DNA of 64,000 nt from Vicugna vicugna (GCA_013265495.1 MU058039.1:808591-872590); one strand, 5' to 3'; counted from the first letter of the stretch, positions 35,400 through 48,229 are shown. A program made the numbers and translations. The notes: a model not told the origin generated them from the sequence alone.

Positions 35400-36500
35400 C
35401 CCAAAGCATCAAACTGCCTCCACGTCACAACCCAGAACAAACCTCGACAGTACTCATAAGAACGCAGAAACTAGTCAGCACTCAACAAGGCAAAACCAAA
35501 GCTCACTGAGCATTCAGAGAAGCAGCAAAACATGATGAAATTAATCAGGAACTGAAACTGACCCCAAACTGACACACATGTTAGAACTATCAACAAGGAC
35601 ATGAGAACCATTATCACAACTCTGTTCCATATGCTCAAAAAGTTAACTAGAGACATGGAAGATAGACAACAGACCCAAACTGAACCTCTTGAGATTAAAA
35701 ACTACAGAGGATGTGATGAGAAAAATTACATTGGATGGAAATAAGACAGATCACACATTGCTGGAAAAAAAGACTCCTGAATCTGAAGGAGAAGCAGTCC
35801 AAAATGAAACATATGGGAAAAAAATAGAAAAAAAAAATGAAAAGAGCATCACTGAGCTGTGGGACAATTTGAAGCAACCTAATATATAGTGAATATGAGT
35901 TCTCAAACAAAGGGGGAGGGCAGAAAAATATCTGAAGAAATGATGGCCCCCAAATTTCCAAATCTAATGAAAACTATAAATCCACAGACCCCAAAAGTGC
36001 AACCAAACCCAACCCATAAAATGTGAACAGAACTATACCAACACACCTGATCATCAAATCGCTCAAAACCAGCAAGGTAGAGAAAATTCTTAAAAGCAGC
36101 CATAGACTATGTGAGGCAGGGCGAATATAGCTCAAGTGGTAGAGAGCATGCTTGGCATACACAAGGTCCTGGGTTCAATCTGCAGTATCTCCTGTAAAAA
36201 TAAATAAATAAGTAAACCTAATTACCAAAAAACAAAAATTTTTTAAAAAGTTTAAAGGAAAAAGCAGCCAGAGAAAAAGACATCTTAACTACAGAGGAAT
36301 AAAGATAAAAACATCAGATTTCTTGTCAGAAACCATTTGAGCAGGTGAGCAGTATCTTTTAAAGTATTGCAGTTGAAACCCCAAACTGTCAACCTAGCAT
36401 TCAATACCCAGGGAAAACATCTTTCCAAAACAAAGGCAACTAAATGGAATATTATTCAGCCATAAAAAGAAATGACTTACTGATACATGTGATGAATTGG
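35400..36500 (+). mobile_element. Old L1 (L1M-type, ORF1 region) fragment
   Basis: A-rich decayed ORF1-like sequence (gagctgtgggacaatttgaagcaacctaatata; ccaaatttccaaatctaatgaaaactataaatccacaga). Boundaries are approximate. Confidence 0.65.
36113..36259 (+). mobile_element. tRNA-derived SINE (Vic-1-like) inside the L1
   Basis: tatagctcaagtggtagag...ggttcaatc, flanked by repeated aaaagcagcca. Confidence 0.82.
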
Positions 36501-37469
36501 GAGACCTGGATGAACTGGGAGAGTACCAAGTTAGGTGAAGTAAGACAAGCCTTTTGAGCAGGTACTTCTGGTGGGAGCCACCAGACAGATCAAAACAAAC
36601 AACCATAATTCTTTGAGAAGGTCCGTTCTGCTGCCTCCAGAACCAACAATGCAGGCTGTTGTCTCCAAGGCTGCTGCTGCTGACCTGGATGGAACCAGGG
36701 TAGGTTAAAGTGCACACAGTTTTTTCACTGGGACTCAGTTATTTTTTTCTGTGATATGACTTTGCCACTGAGCCATCAAGAGTTGGAGTCTAGTTCCTCT
36801 CCCCGTGAATTTGGATTGACCTTAGCGACTGGGTTGTAACCCACAGGTTGGGATGGATGTGATGTTGCATCACTAAGAAGGCAAATTCCAGAGAAGGCTT
36901 GTGGCTCCCACCCTGACTGCTTACAACACTTTCACAAACCTCCATGCTGGGAGGAAGCTCAAGTTATGCAGAGGCCACATGACCTTTATGTCATTCAGCC
37001 CAGGCACCAGACACATGAGTAAAGAAGCTTCCAGATAACTTCAAATTCAGCCATTTGAGGCACCCCCAGTGACACAGATTTTCCTAGCTGGGGTACCAGA
37101 CACTGTGCAGCAGAGACAAGTAATCTTTGCTGTCTGTCTGAATGCCTGACCCACAGAATCATGAGCATAGTAGAAGGGTTGTGGCACCATCTCACTCAGG
37201 GCAAAAGAACAAGATCCTCATGGTACCCCATAAAGCACCACACAGTCTGACCCCATCATCTCTCTGATCTGGGCTCCTCCCACTCTCCCCCTCACTCACT
37301 CTGTCCCAGCCATAGGGCCTCCTCCACTGACAATCCAACAAGCAGTATACTTCTACCTCAGGGCCTTTGCACTGGCTGTTCTTTTTGCCCAGAATAGTCT
37401 TTCCCAAGTTGTCCCCCTCCCTGTCTCAGGTTCTTTGCTCAAATGTCCTAGTGATGCTTCTGACTCCCT

Positions 37470-38225
37470 GTATTAATTTCTGATGACTGCTATAATGTGT
37501 TACCACAAACATAGTGGCTAAAAACATCACAAATCATCTAATAGTTCCGGAGGTCAGAAGTCTGAAATGGGTCTGATGGGGCTAAAATCAAGCTGTAAGT
37601 GGAGCTGTGTTCTTGTGAAGGTTCTAGGGGAGAGTGTGTTTCCTTACCTTTTCCAGCTTCTAGGACCCACTGACCCTCCTTGGTTCATGGCCCCTCCTCG
37701 GCTCATGGCCCCTCCTCCATCTTCAAAGCACAACCTCTGTTTCCATCCTTCCATTTCACTTACTCTGACCCTCTTGCCTCCTTCTTTGAGGATCCTTGTG
37801 AGTTACACTGGGCCCATGTGGATAATCCAGAATAATCCTCTCATTTCAAGATCCTTAAGGAGGAAAGGGTGGGATGGGAAAGGATAACTTGAGAGTAGAG
37901 GATTTGCAGATACTAACTACCATACATAAAATAGATCAACAACAAGGTCCTCCTGTATAGCACAAGGAACTATATTCGATATCCTGTAATAGTCCATAAT
38001 GAAAAAGAATATGAAAACATATATATATACACATATATATGTATAACTGAATCACTATGCTGTACACCTGAAATTAACACAACATTGTAAATCAGCTATA
38101 CATCAATTTAAAAAAAGATCCTTAATCATATCTGCAAAGTCCCTTTTGCCATATAAGGGAACAAATTCACAGGTTCTGGGGATAGGATGTGAACATTTTG
38201 GGGGGCCATGTTTCTGTCTACCAAC
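37470..38225 (-). mobile_element. MaLR LTR (MLT1-like) split by an L1 3' end
   Basis: taccacaaacatagtggct...ggaggtcagaagtctgaaat. The element resumes after 38125 with tctgcaaagtcccttttgccatataagg. Confidence 0.7.
37859..38114 (+). mobile_element. 5'-truncated L1 3' end (artiodactyl-type)
   Basis: gaatcactatgctgtacacctgaaattaacacaacattgtaaatcagctata plus A tail. TSD AAGATCCTTAA at 37848-37858 and 38115-38125. Confidence 0.85.
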
Positions 38226-38856
38226 CACCCTATTGAAAATTGCAATCTTCCCTACCCAAGCACTTCCAATCTCTTTGTTGTTTAATTTTTTTTCTCTTTT
38301 CCCCCCTCAGCTTAATTTTTTCCATAGTTTTTATCACTTTCTAACATAGTACATAATCCACTAATTTATGATATTGCTTATTATGGGCTTTGCCCTGCTA
38401 GAGCATTGGCTCCTGAAATACCCTGGCACCTGGGATAGTACCAGACACGTAATAGGTGCTCAAAAATATCATGAATGAGTGAATGGGTTACTCTCCAGAA
38501 GACTGGACCATGATCCACTCCCACAGGCGGTGCGAGGGCTGCCATGTTTCCCAGCGCCAGGTCCAGGTATTGATCTGACTCACTCACTGTATTACCACCT
38601 ACTGCATGCATGCTTTCTGGGCTGTTCTGTTGGTCCCTGCCTTTGCAACTCCTGCCAACTGTATTATCCAGCTTTCTAAATTTTGTCCCATCAATAGATG
38701 TTAAATGATATCTCATTGTTGTGTTAAGTTGCGTCTTTCAGATTACTATTGATTTTAAGAATTTCCCAATGTGCTGGTGAACAGTTTGGTTTGGGCTTCC
38801 TGACCTCATAATTCTCTGCTTGTGCCCCTTGCATATTTTTCTATCATGGTTGCTAT

Positions 38857-38998
38857 CTTTCTTTTTTTTTTTTATTTTGGCAAGGGGGAATTAATTGGGT
38901 TTGTTTATTTTTTTTTTCAATACAGGTACTGGAGATTGAACCCAGGACCTCATGAATGCTAAGCTTGCGCTCTACCACTTGAACTATACCCTTCCCCA
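38857..38998 (-). mobile_element. tRNA-derived SINE (Vic-1-like)
   Basis: Antisense gattgaacccaggacc...ctctaccacttgaactatacc, flanked by repeated ggttgctat. Confidence 0.82.
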
Positions 38999-39553
38999 CA
39001 AAGGTTGCTATTTTTCTATGCTGATTTGCAGGAGTTCCTAGTAGCTTCTGAATTTTAATCACGCATCCATTTTAAATGTGGCAAATATCTTCTCTCATTC
39101 TGTCCATTAAATACTAACTTTATCTAGGATGTCTTTCCTTGAAAAGAGACTCAATTTTGATATGAGCAAATTCATCACTTTTTTTTTTTTTGCCTTCTGG
39201 TTTATACTTTAGAAGTTTTGTTTTCGAAGTCTTTCCCCACCCTGAATTCACTGATCCTCTTATCCCCAGGTGCATAACAAGCTGTGCTAGACTTGGTGGT
39301 GTGAAACAGCAAGCGTTTCCCACATTTATCTCTCACGGTTCTGGGAGTGACTAGGCTTAGCTGAGCAGTTCTCACTTGGGGTCCCTCATGCCATTGACGC
39401 CAGATGGTGTCTAGGCCTGGAGTCATCTCATCCAGGCTTTCTCACTCACAAGTCTAGTAGTTGATGCCAGCTATTGGCTAGAACACAAAGCCTCTCCATT
39501 TGCCCTGGGCTTCCTTACAACATGGCAGCCGGATTCCAAGAAAAAGCATCCCA

Positions 39554-39712
39554 GAGGAGGCTGTAGCTCAGTGGTAGAGTGTGTAATTAGCATGCACAAG
39601 GTCCTGGGTTCAATCCCTAGTACCTACATTAAAAAAAGAAATGAATTTATTTATAAATTATAAATAAACTTAACCCAAAAAATAAATTTTAAAAAATTAA
39701 ATTAAATTAAAA
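39554..39712 (+). mobile_element. tRNA-derived SINE (Vic-1-like)
   Basis: gtagctcagtggtagag...ggttcaatccctagtacc plus an A-rich tail. Confidence 0.82.
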
Positions 39713-39770
39713 GAAGAGAATCCCAAGAGAGCCAAGCTGAAGCCTTTTATGACCCAGCCTGAGAAGTCAC

Positions 39771-40150
39771 TGTTATGAACTGAAATTGGGTGTCCCACCA
39801 AAATTTATATATTGAAGCCCTAATCCCCAATGGGGTGGTATTTGGAGATGGGGCCTTTGGGAGGTAATAAGAGTTAGATGAGGTCATGAAGGCAGGATCC
39901 TGTTTGGATGGGAATTGTGTCCTTATAAGAAGAGACACCAGGGAACTTGCTCTCTCTCTTTCTGCCAGGTATGAGGTCACAGTGAGGAGGCAGCTGACTG
40001 CAAGCCAGGGAAAGAGCCCTCACCAGAACTCAACCCTGCTGGCCCCCTGATCATGGACTTCTCAGCCTCTAAAACTGTGAGAGAATTAATTTCTGTTGTT
40101 TAAACCACCCACTCTGTGGGACTTCATAATGGCAGGCTGAGCAGATTAAG
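39771..40150 (+). mobile_element. MaLR LTR (MLT1A-like) nested in an older MLT
   Basis: Starts tgttatgaactgaa...gtgtccc...tgaagccctaatccccaat...tggagatggggcctttggg. Confidence 0.75.
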
Positions 40151-40694
40151 AAACTCACCCAGCATTACTTGCAACACATTTTTTTTGTTAGAAATGTGTC
40201 ACTTGAGGCTGGTCCATTTTCAAGACAAGGGGGATGAGACCCCACCTTTTGATGAGAGATGTCTCAAAGAATTTGTGGACATATCACTGTGATAGCCTCC
40301 CCCATTTTCTTTTATTAACTCCATAGTTTAGGTCTTTATTTCATTTGGAGTCTACCTTTGTTTATGGTGTGAGGTAAGGATGCTTTCCCCCCCTCCATAT
40401 AGAGAGCCAGTTTTACCGCTGCCACAATGAATAATCCATCCTTTCCCATGGAATGGCAGTGTCACCTCTATCATTTTGTTAAGTCCCTAGACATGCCAGT
40501 GTCTGCCTGTGACTCTATTCTGTTCCTTTGCTTTGTTCATCTGTTCCTGCCTCAATACCATAGTTTTTATTAACATGGCTTTGCCATGTAGCTTAGTAGT
40601 TGATAAAGCAAGCCCTCCCCTCTTTCCTTTTTAATGTTGACTTAGTTATTTGTACACCTTTATTCCTCATACAAATTTTAGAATAGATTTTATC

Positions 40695-40845
40695 GGGGGG
40701 AGGGTATAGCTCAGTGGTAGAGCACATGCCTAGAATGCATGAGGTCCTGGGTTCAATCCCCAGTACCTCCGTTAAAAAGTAAATAAAAATAAATAAACCT
40801 GATTACCTCCCCCCCAAAATAAATAAAAACAAAGTTAAAAGAAAA
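40695..40845 (+). mobile_element. tRNA-derived SINE (Vic-1-like), young copy
   Basis: gggggagggtatagctcagtggtagag...ggttcaatccccagtacctcc. TSD agattttatc on both sides. Confidence 0.88.
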
Positions 40846-41165
40846 AGATTTTATCAAGCATCTCAAAAAAATCCATCCAGAATTCTGATTGAGATTGCTT
40901 TGAAGTTATCAGCTGATTTGGAGAGAACTGACATGTGGCTAATATTCAGAGATCTTACGCAGAGGCATGAGTGGTCTCATTTTTTTTCAGATTATCTTTT
41001 ATATCCTTTATAGGCATATTAATGTTTTTTTCCATCAAGGCCTTATGTATATTTGATTAAGTTATTAGGTAAGCTATAGTTTTGGTTGCTACTGAGGACC
41101 CCACCAGTTGTTTAAATTGTGTTTTGATTGATTATTACGGAGTTACTGAAATGATATTGATTCTT

Positions 41166-41236
41166 TTTTCTTTTTTATTATATATATTATTTTATTAATT
41201 TTCTCAAACCCTTGAGTCAAGGGCTGACTTTCAATA
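41166..41236 (-). pseudogene. Retroposed fragment of the extreme 3' end of 28S rRNA with A-rich tail
   Basis: Minus strand 41236-41205 reads TATTGAAAGTCAGCCCTTGACTCAAGGGTTTG, 30/32 identical to the recalled mammalian 28S terminus. It is followed by an A-rich tail, with TGATTCTT on both flanks. Confidence 0.75.
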
Positions 41237-41527
41237 ATGATGATTCTTGTAGTCTTATCCTAAATCAACCATGATCCATCCTTCATGAAGAGCCTTCCTA
41301 CTCTCTTTATTATGAAAGTGAGAAGTATTTCTAAAACATGTTGGCCAATCGTATCATCAATGCCAGTCCATTTCTAATATTTATCATTCTAATTAGCAAA
41401 GCCCCTGGTGTTGATCAAAGATGGGTGAGTACCTTGCAGGAGCTACCTCTCCAGTCAGTTCTTAAACGCTAACTGACCAGCCCTGGAGTTAACTGACCTT
41501 CGGGGCGTAGCTGAAAACCAACTCATA

Positions 41528-41609
41528 TAGACAGTAGGGGGCGCTGAGGCCTCACTTCTATTCGAGGAGGGTTACTGTGCACGGAGAATGTGGCCAGCAG
41601 GAGGCGCTA
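41528..41609 (+). promoter_or_regulatory. Two tandem CTCF-like motifs
   Basis: tagacagtagggggcgctg (41528-41546) and tggccagcaggaggcgcta (41591-41609), compared with the consensus TGGCCACCAGGGGGCGCTA. Confidence 0.65.
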
Positions 41610-43612
41610 TTATTGGGCAAGCACCTACTGTGTGCCAGGCACTGTGGCAGACATTAGGAATACAGCCATGCCTAAGGAGTTAATATTCTGAAAGGTGGGG
41701 GGGGGGATGGACAGACAATAAATTAAACTAATACATAATTAAATTCTGTGAGGAAAATAAATTATTGTGACAAGATAGTGACGAGGTGGCTCCGTAGATG
41801 AAGGGCTCAAGGACAGCTGACCAGAATTTCATCTAAGTGATGAGGGACTCTGGGCGGAGAGCTCATGGCAGAGGAAACGTCCGTGGGTCCTGGACGGGAA
41901 GAGCCCCGTAGGAGTGAAGGTGAGAAAGGGGATAGTAGCGCAGGTGAAGGGCAGAGAGGAGAGGGATGAAGGCAGAGTGATGAGAGGTGATGGGGCGGGG
42001 AGTTGAGGGGGGCACTTTGGTTTCTCTTCAGAAGCCAAAGGAAGCCTGTGAAAGGAGCAGGGTGAATAGAGACTAAGGTGAACGCGAAAAAGCATTATTT
42101 GGCTGCTAAGTGGGAAACAAGACCATAGACTCTGGGAGATAGGGTGAGGTGAATGTGGCCACAATGCCAGGTGGTGTGTCAGGCACGCTGTGCCCCTTGT
42201 GAAACTTCCTTATCTGAGGGCCTGTGATTCAGCATTCCCAAGGGACATCTTACTGGCCAGGGATGGTGGCTGTAAGGAACTAACTGTCCAGCCCTCCCTG
42301 CAATGATAAGGGTGATAACAATGCTTATTATGTGCCTGACACTAGTCTATGATCTGTGCATTTAAACCTCACAACCACTCTGGGAAATGGTACTATTATA
42401 ATCATCTTGATTTTACAGATATGGAAACTGAGGTACAGAGAGGTTGAGTGACTTGCTCAAGATCACATAGCTAGGAAGTAGGTCAGATGGCATTTGAATC
42501 CAGGCACTAACCCTAGAGTCCATGATCTTACCTGCTATAGTATGCTGCTTCCCAATCCTTTGGTGGTAGCCTTGCTCTCAAATTGTATTGCTCTTTAGAT
42601 AATATCTCAGTGAGCCATCAGCAGTCATTAACACCTCAGTATAAATTAGTCCACCTTTTCCTGCCACTGAAGAATAGCAATCATCGTTATGGTTTATTAG
42701 AGACACTATAGTGTAGAAGTAGTTGGGTTCTGGGGTCATAACGCCTGGGACTGAAGCCCAGTGCCACTTCCCAGCTGAGTGACCTTAGGCAAATGACATC
42801 ACTAATCTGGGCCTCAGTTTCCTCATCCATGAAGAACCCATTTTCCAGATGAGGAATCTGAGAAGCCCAGCACATGGCACACCCAAGACTTAGCTTGAAT
42901 GCCAGAAGGAGAGATTCCTCCATTACATTCTCTATTCAGTTGTGTGGAAGGAGGGGGCGCTGGGAGCCTGAGGTCGGTCTGTCTGCATGGGGACAGCAAA
43001 GTCACCTGAGGGCTGGATGGACCAGGTGATCATGGATGTCCCTCTTCTTCCAGGTCAGCTTCTCTTCCTACCAGCCTGGAGCTCAGACCCCTGGGATGGG
43101 TGCCTGATCCTGGCAGGGCTGCTGAGTGGCACGGGATGGGCATGGGGTGTGGGATCCCTGTTTATTCAGTAGAGGCAAGGTGGGAGATGTGCTTTGCTCT
43201 GGGGGAAGGTACCCCAGCTCTGGCCCAGCCCCAAGCCTAGCACAGCCACAGCCCCACTCCATCCCCTGACCGTACACAGCTGGGACCATTGGCCCCAAAC
43301 AGACCTACTGTTTAAATAATGAACTCCTTCCAGTTTTTGGTAAACAGCTACTACCCACTTCTGAAATCCTAGCCCTTCCCCTGAAAGTCTTCAGGGCCCC
43401 CTTATACTCCAGCATGAGCATGCCCCAGCCCAGGGGGCATCCTTGAGCCATCTCTGGGGGACTTGTCCACCCTAATTGGTAAGTGGGCCTGCCAATATTT
43501 GGTCTCTTCCCTGGCTCAGCCCTAATGTCAATTCCTCCACCCACCAGTTCAGAGTCCTCAGATATGGGTACCCATTTCACACAACCCCTATGCATCCTTC
43601 AAAGCCCTGCCT

Positions 43613-43746
43613 AGGGAGAGGGTATGGCTCAGTGGTAGTGTGTGCCTAGCATGCATGAGGTCCTGGGTTCAAACCCCAGTACCTCCATTAAATAAATAAA
43701 TAAATCTAATTACCTCTCCCACTAGGGAAAAAAAAAAGTAAAAATA
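43613..43746 (+). mobile_element. tRNA-derived SINE (Vic-1-like)
   Basis: gggagagggtatggctcagtggtag...ggttcaaaccccagtacctcc plus tail. Confidence 0.85.
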
Positions 43747-44480
43747 AAACCCTGGCCGAGATGTCACTTTATTTAGGAAGCCCTCCAAGATTTCTTCACC
43801 ACCCGACAAGTGAATGGCTCCTCCCACACCCTGGGCTCCCAAGTATCTTGGATCATTTCACACATTTTGCTCTAAACTTCCATCCGCAGGCTCTTCTTCC
43901 CCACCAGTGTGTGAGCACCTGGATGCTAGGGACCACCTTCTGCTCATCTTTGTGGCCTCAATACCAATGGCCCTATTAAGCATACAATAGGTGCCCAATA
44001 AAATCTACAGAGTAGATGAATGGTTTGTTCATGTGCGCTGTGGTTATATCAGGCACATTCCATCCTGTGCATCTCCTGTGGCCCAGAGATCACAGGCGGT
44101 CACCCCCACAGGAGCCCCCCTAGTGCCACCCACACGCTGAGGCCCTGCCTGCTGGGACTGGGCCAAGGCTGGGGGGAGGTGGACAGGATATGAGTCCCAG
44201 GGGTGTGAGGTCAGCAGGGCCTGTTCTCATGCTCTCTGGCTGCAGAATGACTCTCCATCTGTCCGGGAGCCGGGGTGCTTGGACCAGAGGAGAAGCAGCC
44301 GGAGAGAGGGAGGCGGGGGGAGGAGCTCAGGGCTGCTCCCAAAGCAACCAGGAGAGGAAAAACAGGCACACAGTGTTATTGTTACAGAACCATTAAATAC
44401 AACTTACAAACAAGCCAGGACAGTGTTGGGGGTTGGAGGGGACGGAGAGGGAGGGAGGGTGTCACAGAAGCCAGAGAGGG

Positions 44481-44609
44481 TCAGGGAGGTGCGGTCCGGG
44501 CACAGTCCTGGAGGGGGCTCAGGCTGCCGTCACCAGAGGGACTGGGTTGGCGGAGGCCTGGCTGCTTGTGGAGGCCTCGCAGCTTCACCAGCAGCTCCTG
44601 GACAAAGTC
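44481..44609 (-). CDS. PPP1R14A: PPP1R14A (CPI-17) exon 4, to the stop codon
   Basis: ctcag|DFVQELLVKLRGLHKQPGLRQPSPSGDGSLSPLQDCARTAPP, then TGA. Confidence 0.96.
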   Translation of the reverse strand, partial: DFVQELLVKLRGLHKQPGLRQPSPSGDGSLSPLQDCARTAPP

Positions 44610-44769
44610 CTGAGGACAGAGAGGGGGCATTGAGAACAAGAGGAGGGGCGGGCATTCCCTGCCCAGCCCAGCCCTTTGGACCTGGGCCCCTCTTTCTCCC
44701 ACTTCCTGATCAATGAGAAGGGGTGGAGGTGGAGTTAAGGAGGGGTAGAGGCTGCAGATGGAGAAGGAT

Positions 44770-44950
44770 GCAAGGTGGGGAGAGAAAGAGACAGAGACCA
44801 GAGACAGGGAGACAGAGATGGAGAGAGAAAGAGACTGAGATATGGATGCAGGGACAGAGAGAAACAGAGAGAGATGCAGAGAAAGAGAGACAGAGGGAGA
44901 GACAAAGGAATAGAGAAAGAAACAGAGCCATAGAGAGACATTGAGACATA
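44770..44950. repeat. GA-rich low-complexity tract (gagaca/gagaga)
   Basis: Direct reading. Confidence 0.8.
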
Positions 44951-45487
44951 TCTTAGGCTAAGAGATCACCAGGAAGGTCCCTGGGGACAGAGGCCTGAGC
45001 TGGCTCCAGGGCAGACAGACACACAGTGACGTTTGTCCGATAGGCAGCCCAGAGCTGGTTAGAGAAACATGAATATTTTTCCCTTTTAAAGCAGAGAAGG
45101 AAGTGGGAGGGGCTGGGCCGCTGAGCTTCAGAGCCTGAAAGGATGGAGGGCCCCCGGAGAGGTGGGGAGGGGAGCCCCAGGGTGGTGGAGGCTGAGCCGG
45201 CCGACAGAGCACAGCACAGACAGAAATAGGAGACAGATGGGGGAGCGTCTCAGCAGGGAGGAGATAATGGAGTCCCCGTGGCAGATGGAGAGAGAGGACA
45301 GGAGTGATGAAGACAAAAGACACCACTGGAGATGGGGAAAGGGCTGTGAGTGAGACAGGGCTCCCCAGAGTTCCCTCTGCAGGTCCTGGGCACCGCCAGT
45401 CTGCCCTCCTCCCCGGAGACCACCCCCCCACCCCAATCAGGATCCAGAGGGCAGAAGAGGGCCTGTGATGGGGGATGGAAAACTCAC

Positions 45488-45520
45488 CTCTGTGGGGTTC
45501 AAGCACGACTTTAGGAGTCC
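45488..45520 (-). CDS. PPP1R14A: PPP1R14A exon 3 (33 nt)
   Basis: tttag|GLLKSCLNPTE|gtgagt, preceded by a long polypyrimidine tract. Confidence 0.93.
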
Positions 45521-46138
45521 CTAAAGATCCCCCGCAAAAAAAAAAAAAGAGAAGAAAAGAAAATAGTAAATGACTAACATCTAGGCCCTTCCAGCCCCTT
45601 CCTTTTCTCAACAAAGCCCCACAGCAGCAAGACAAAATGGAAGTCAGACTCCAGGTGGACTTCCCATGTGGCTTCAAGGGAGGAACAAGGCTTGAGGGTC
45701 TTATAGAGCAACTGGGGGCAGGGTTGAGTCAAGAAACTCAGCACCAGGACCAGCGCTAGATCCAGAGAGGGCCAGAAGGTCACACAGCGTTTCCTGCCTC
45801 TGGGAGAGCACAGGCCTAAAGAGCAAGGACACTGCGTCCAGACCACCTGGCTTGGACTCCCAGTTGTGCTCTCTCTGAGCTGTGTGACCCTAAGCCAGAG
45901 ACTGAATCTCTCTGGGCCCCATCTTCCTTATCTGGAAAATGGAGATAATAGCAGTAACAATGAAACGGAGATAATAAACCCTTCTAGGGTTTTGTGAGGA
46001 TTAAATGAGTTAATAAGTGTAAAGCAATTGAAACAGTGCCTGGCACATAGGACGTGCTAGATGAACACATTAACCGTGGATGTGATTTTTAGGGAGGTGC
46101 AGGGGAGAGGGCTGGGGGTGGCTTTCCCTTCCACCTAC

Positions 46139-46219
46139 TTGGATTTTCCGGCTTCTCTCCTCTTCACTCTCTAGTTCCAACAGTTCATCGATGTTGACCT
46201 CATCAGGCATATCTGCCTC
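46139..46219 (-). CDS. PPP1R14A: PPP1R14A exon 2
   Basis: ttag|EADMPDEVNIDELLELESEEERSRKIQ|gtaggt, 81 nt. Confidence 0.96.
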
Positions 46220-48229
46220 CTAAGGCCAGGAGGGAAGGGTAGTCAGGGTCCCTCTCCCCTCCCTTCCCCGCCTTTGTCCAGGGCTCTGAAGGAGCCCCGG
46301 GGGCCCCAGGGCCCAGCTGGCAGGTTCTGGAGCAATAATGTGGCAGTCAGGGACAGCACCACCAAGGCGGGACATCTGGGTGTTGGGGGGAGGGATGACA
46401 GATGGGTTGACAGAGGCCCGGGAGCCGGTACCAGCTGGGATGCTGGCCTCTGGGCCTTAGGAGCCTCAGATGCTGGCACAGGTCTCTCCTCTTGGCCTCA
46501 GTTCCCACAACGGGAAACAGGCCTGGTCGAGTGTTGGAATGTCTGATTCTGGGATTCAGGAGAGGGGCTGGCTCTGCCCTTTCAAGGGAAAATTTAAGCA
46601 CTAGGTGCAGGGGAGGGGAGCTGGCAGGCCAGAGCCTGCTAGGGGTGGCCCTTTACCCCAGGGGACGGGGAGGGAGGGGCGTGCTTGGGCTAGCCCCCAG
46701 TGCCAAAGTGCCACCCTTATGAGTCCAGGAGGCCCTACAAGGTGGGTAGGTGGGTGGGAAAAGCCATGAGCCCAGCTCTCAGCAGCCAAGACGGGGGACC
46801 CTTGTATGGCTTCTTGGGGCAAAGGGCCAAATACTGGCTGGCTTAGTACCCCTGTAGGGGACAGAACCCAGCTGTCTGAGCAAGAGATCCCAGAGACCAT
46901 TGATTTTTTTGCCTCCCCTACCCAAAGTCCTGCTGACTCTGCTGTGGACTTCAGGACTGGGTGGTCCGGGGATTGTGTATGGAGACAGGGCTCTGGAGTG
47001 TCCATAAGTGTGTTACCCGCCTGTGTGAGTCTCTGGGTGTGAGCCAGAGCCTGATGCCAAGATGCCAGCATCGGCACGAGGGTGCCGAGGGACGTGACAT
47101 TCTGTGCGACTTATACAGGGACTACCGTCCTATGGCTTAGCTGTGTTTGCCTTACCGCCATGTGTCATTGTATCCTACGTTCATCAGTAAGTGACCACAG
47201 GGTCACTTGGGTCCTGGAGAGCCTGGTGAGCTATAGTGCCCGCTATCTGAGGATGACATCATAGGAAGCCACCTACAACTAGCAACTGCCCTCTGTGTGA
47301 GGCCACTCAGAAAATGAGTCTGAGAACAGAGGGCCCTCATGTCATCGCGAGGGGCCCAGGCTTCTTCCTGCTTCGTGCTGTGCTGACAAGGCTCTGTGGT
47401 CCCATGTGTCTGTGCACTGATACCCGTGACTGTGTTCTGCACATGGGTGTGTTGTACAAAGTGTGACTTCGAGCAGAGACTCAAGAGAAAGGTCATGTCT
47501 GTCTGTCAATTATGAGACAACACAGAAGGCTGTAGCTTATGCTTCTGTGTGTCCTCGGGCAGCTGCAGTGTCTGCCACTGTACGTCGGTGATGCCCGTAG
47601 CTTACGCGGTTTTCTGTCTGGGTGTAGCTATAATTTCTGTTATTTTATGTCTGTGCGTGGCTGCAGCATCTGTCATTGCGTTTACACGTGATTATCGTTT
47701 TTGCTTTTGGGAGATAATGGATGGTCGTTACTTGAATCATGGGGTGTCGGGGTAGCTGTCCTAGCTTGTACCGTCTGAGTCGCTACAGCTGGTGCTGTGT
47801 GTGTCTATAGCTCCAGAATGGCTGTAGCTGGAGGCCTTTTATATGGGTGCCGTTGCTGTGTTGGGTCTGCATTTGGCTGTGGTCTGTGCTGTTGTGGCGG
47901 TGAGAGCCTGTGTCTGTAGCATATGTTGATCTGTAAGTGACCACAGCTTGTGTCCTGGAGAACCTGTGTGTGGCTGTTGCTTCTGTCACTGTCTGTGAGG
48001 GGCCACAGCTGGTCACTGTGCACGTCTGTGAATGCTGATGCTTCCTTTGCTGTGTGGCTCCATGTGATTGTATCTTCCCTGTCACCGTGTCTATGTTTGG
48101 CTTTAAGACATCCTCCTCCCCCCCCACCCCCACCCCCGTCCTTTCTCCAGATATGGCCACTCTAGCTCCCTAACTTTGCCTGCTCACCTCCCATATGCTA
48201 AAACCCTGGCCCTCTCCTGATGTTTGGAC

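Noticed and set aside
40695..40775. tRNA-gene-like sequences at the SINE heads
   Set aside because: They have A-rich tails and TSDs and recur nine times with scattered mutations, so they are SINEs rather than tRNA genes.
45738..45757. RE1/REST-like TCAGCACCAGGACCAGCGCT
   Set aside because: The left half matches, but the GGACAG right-half core is out of register. It also lies in a PPP1R14A intron, far from the DPF1 promoters.
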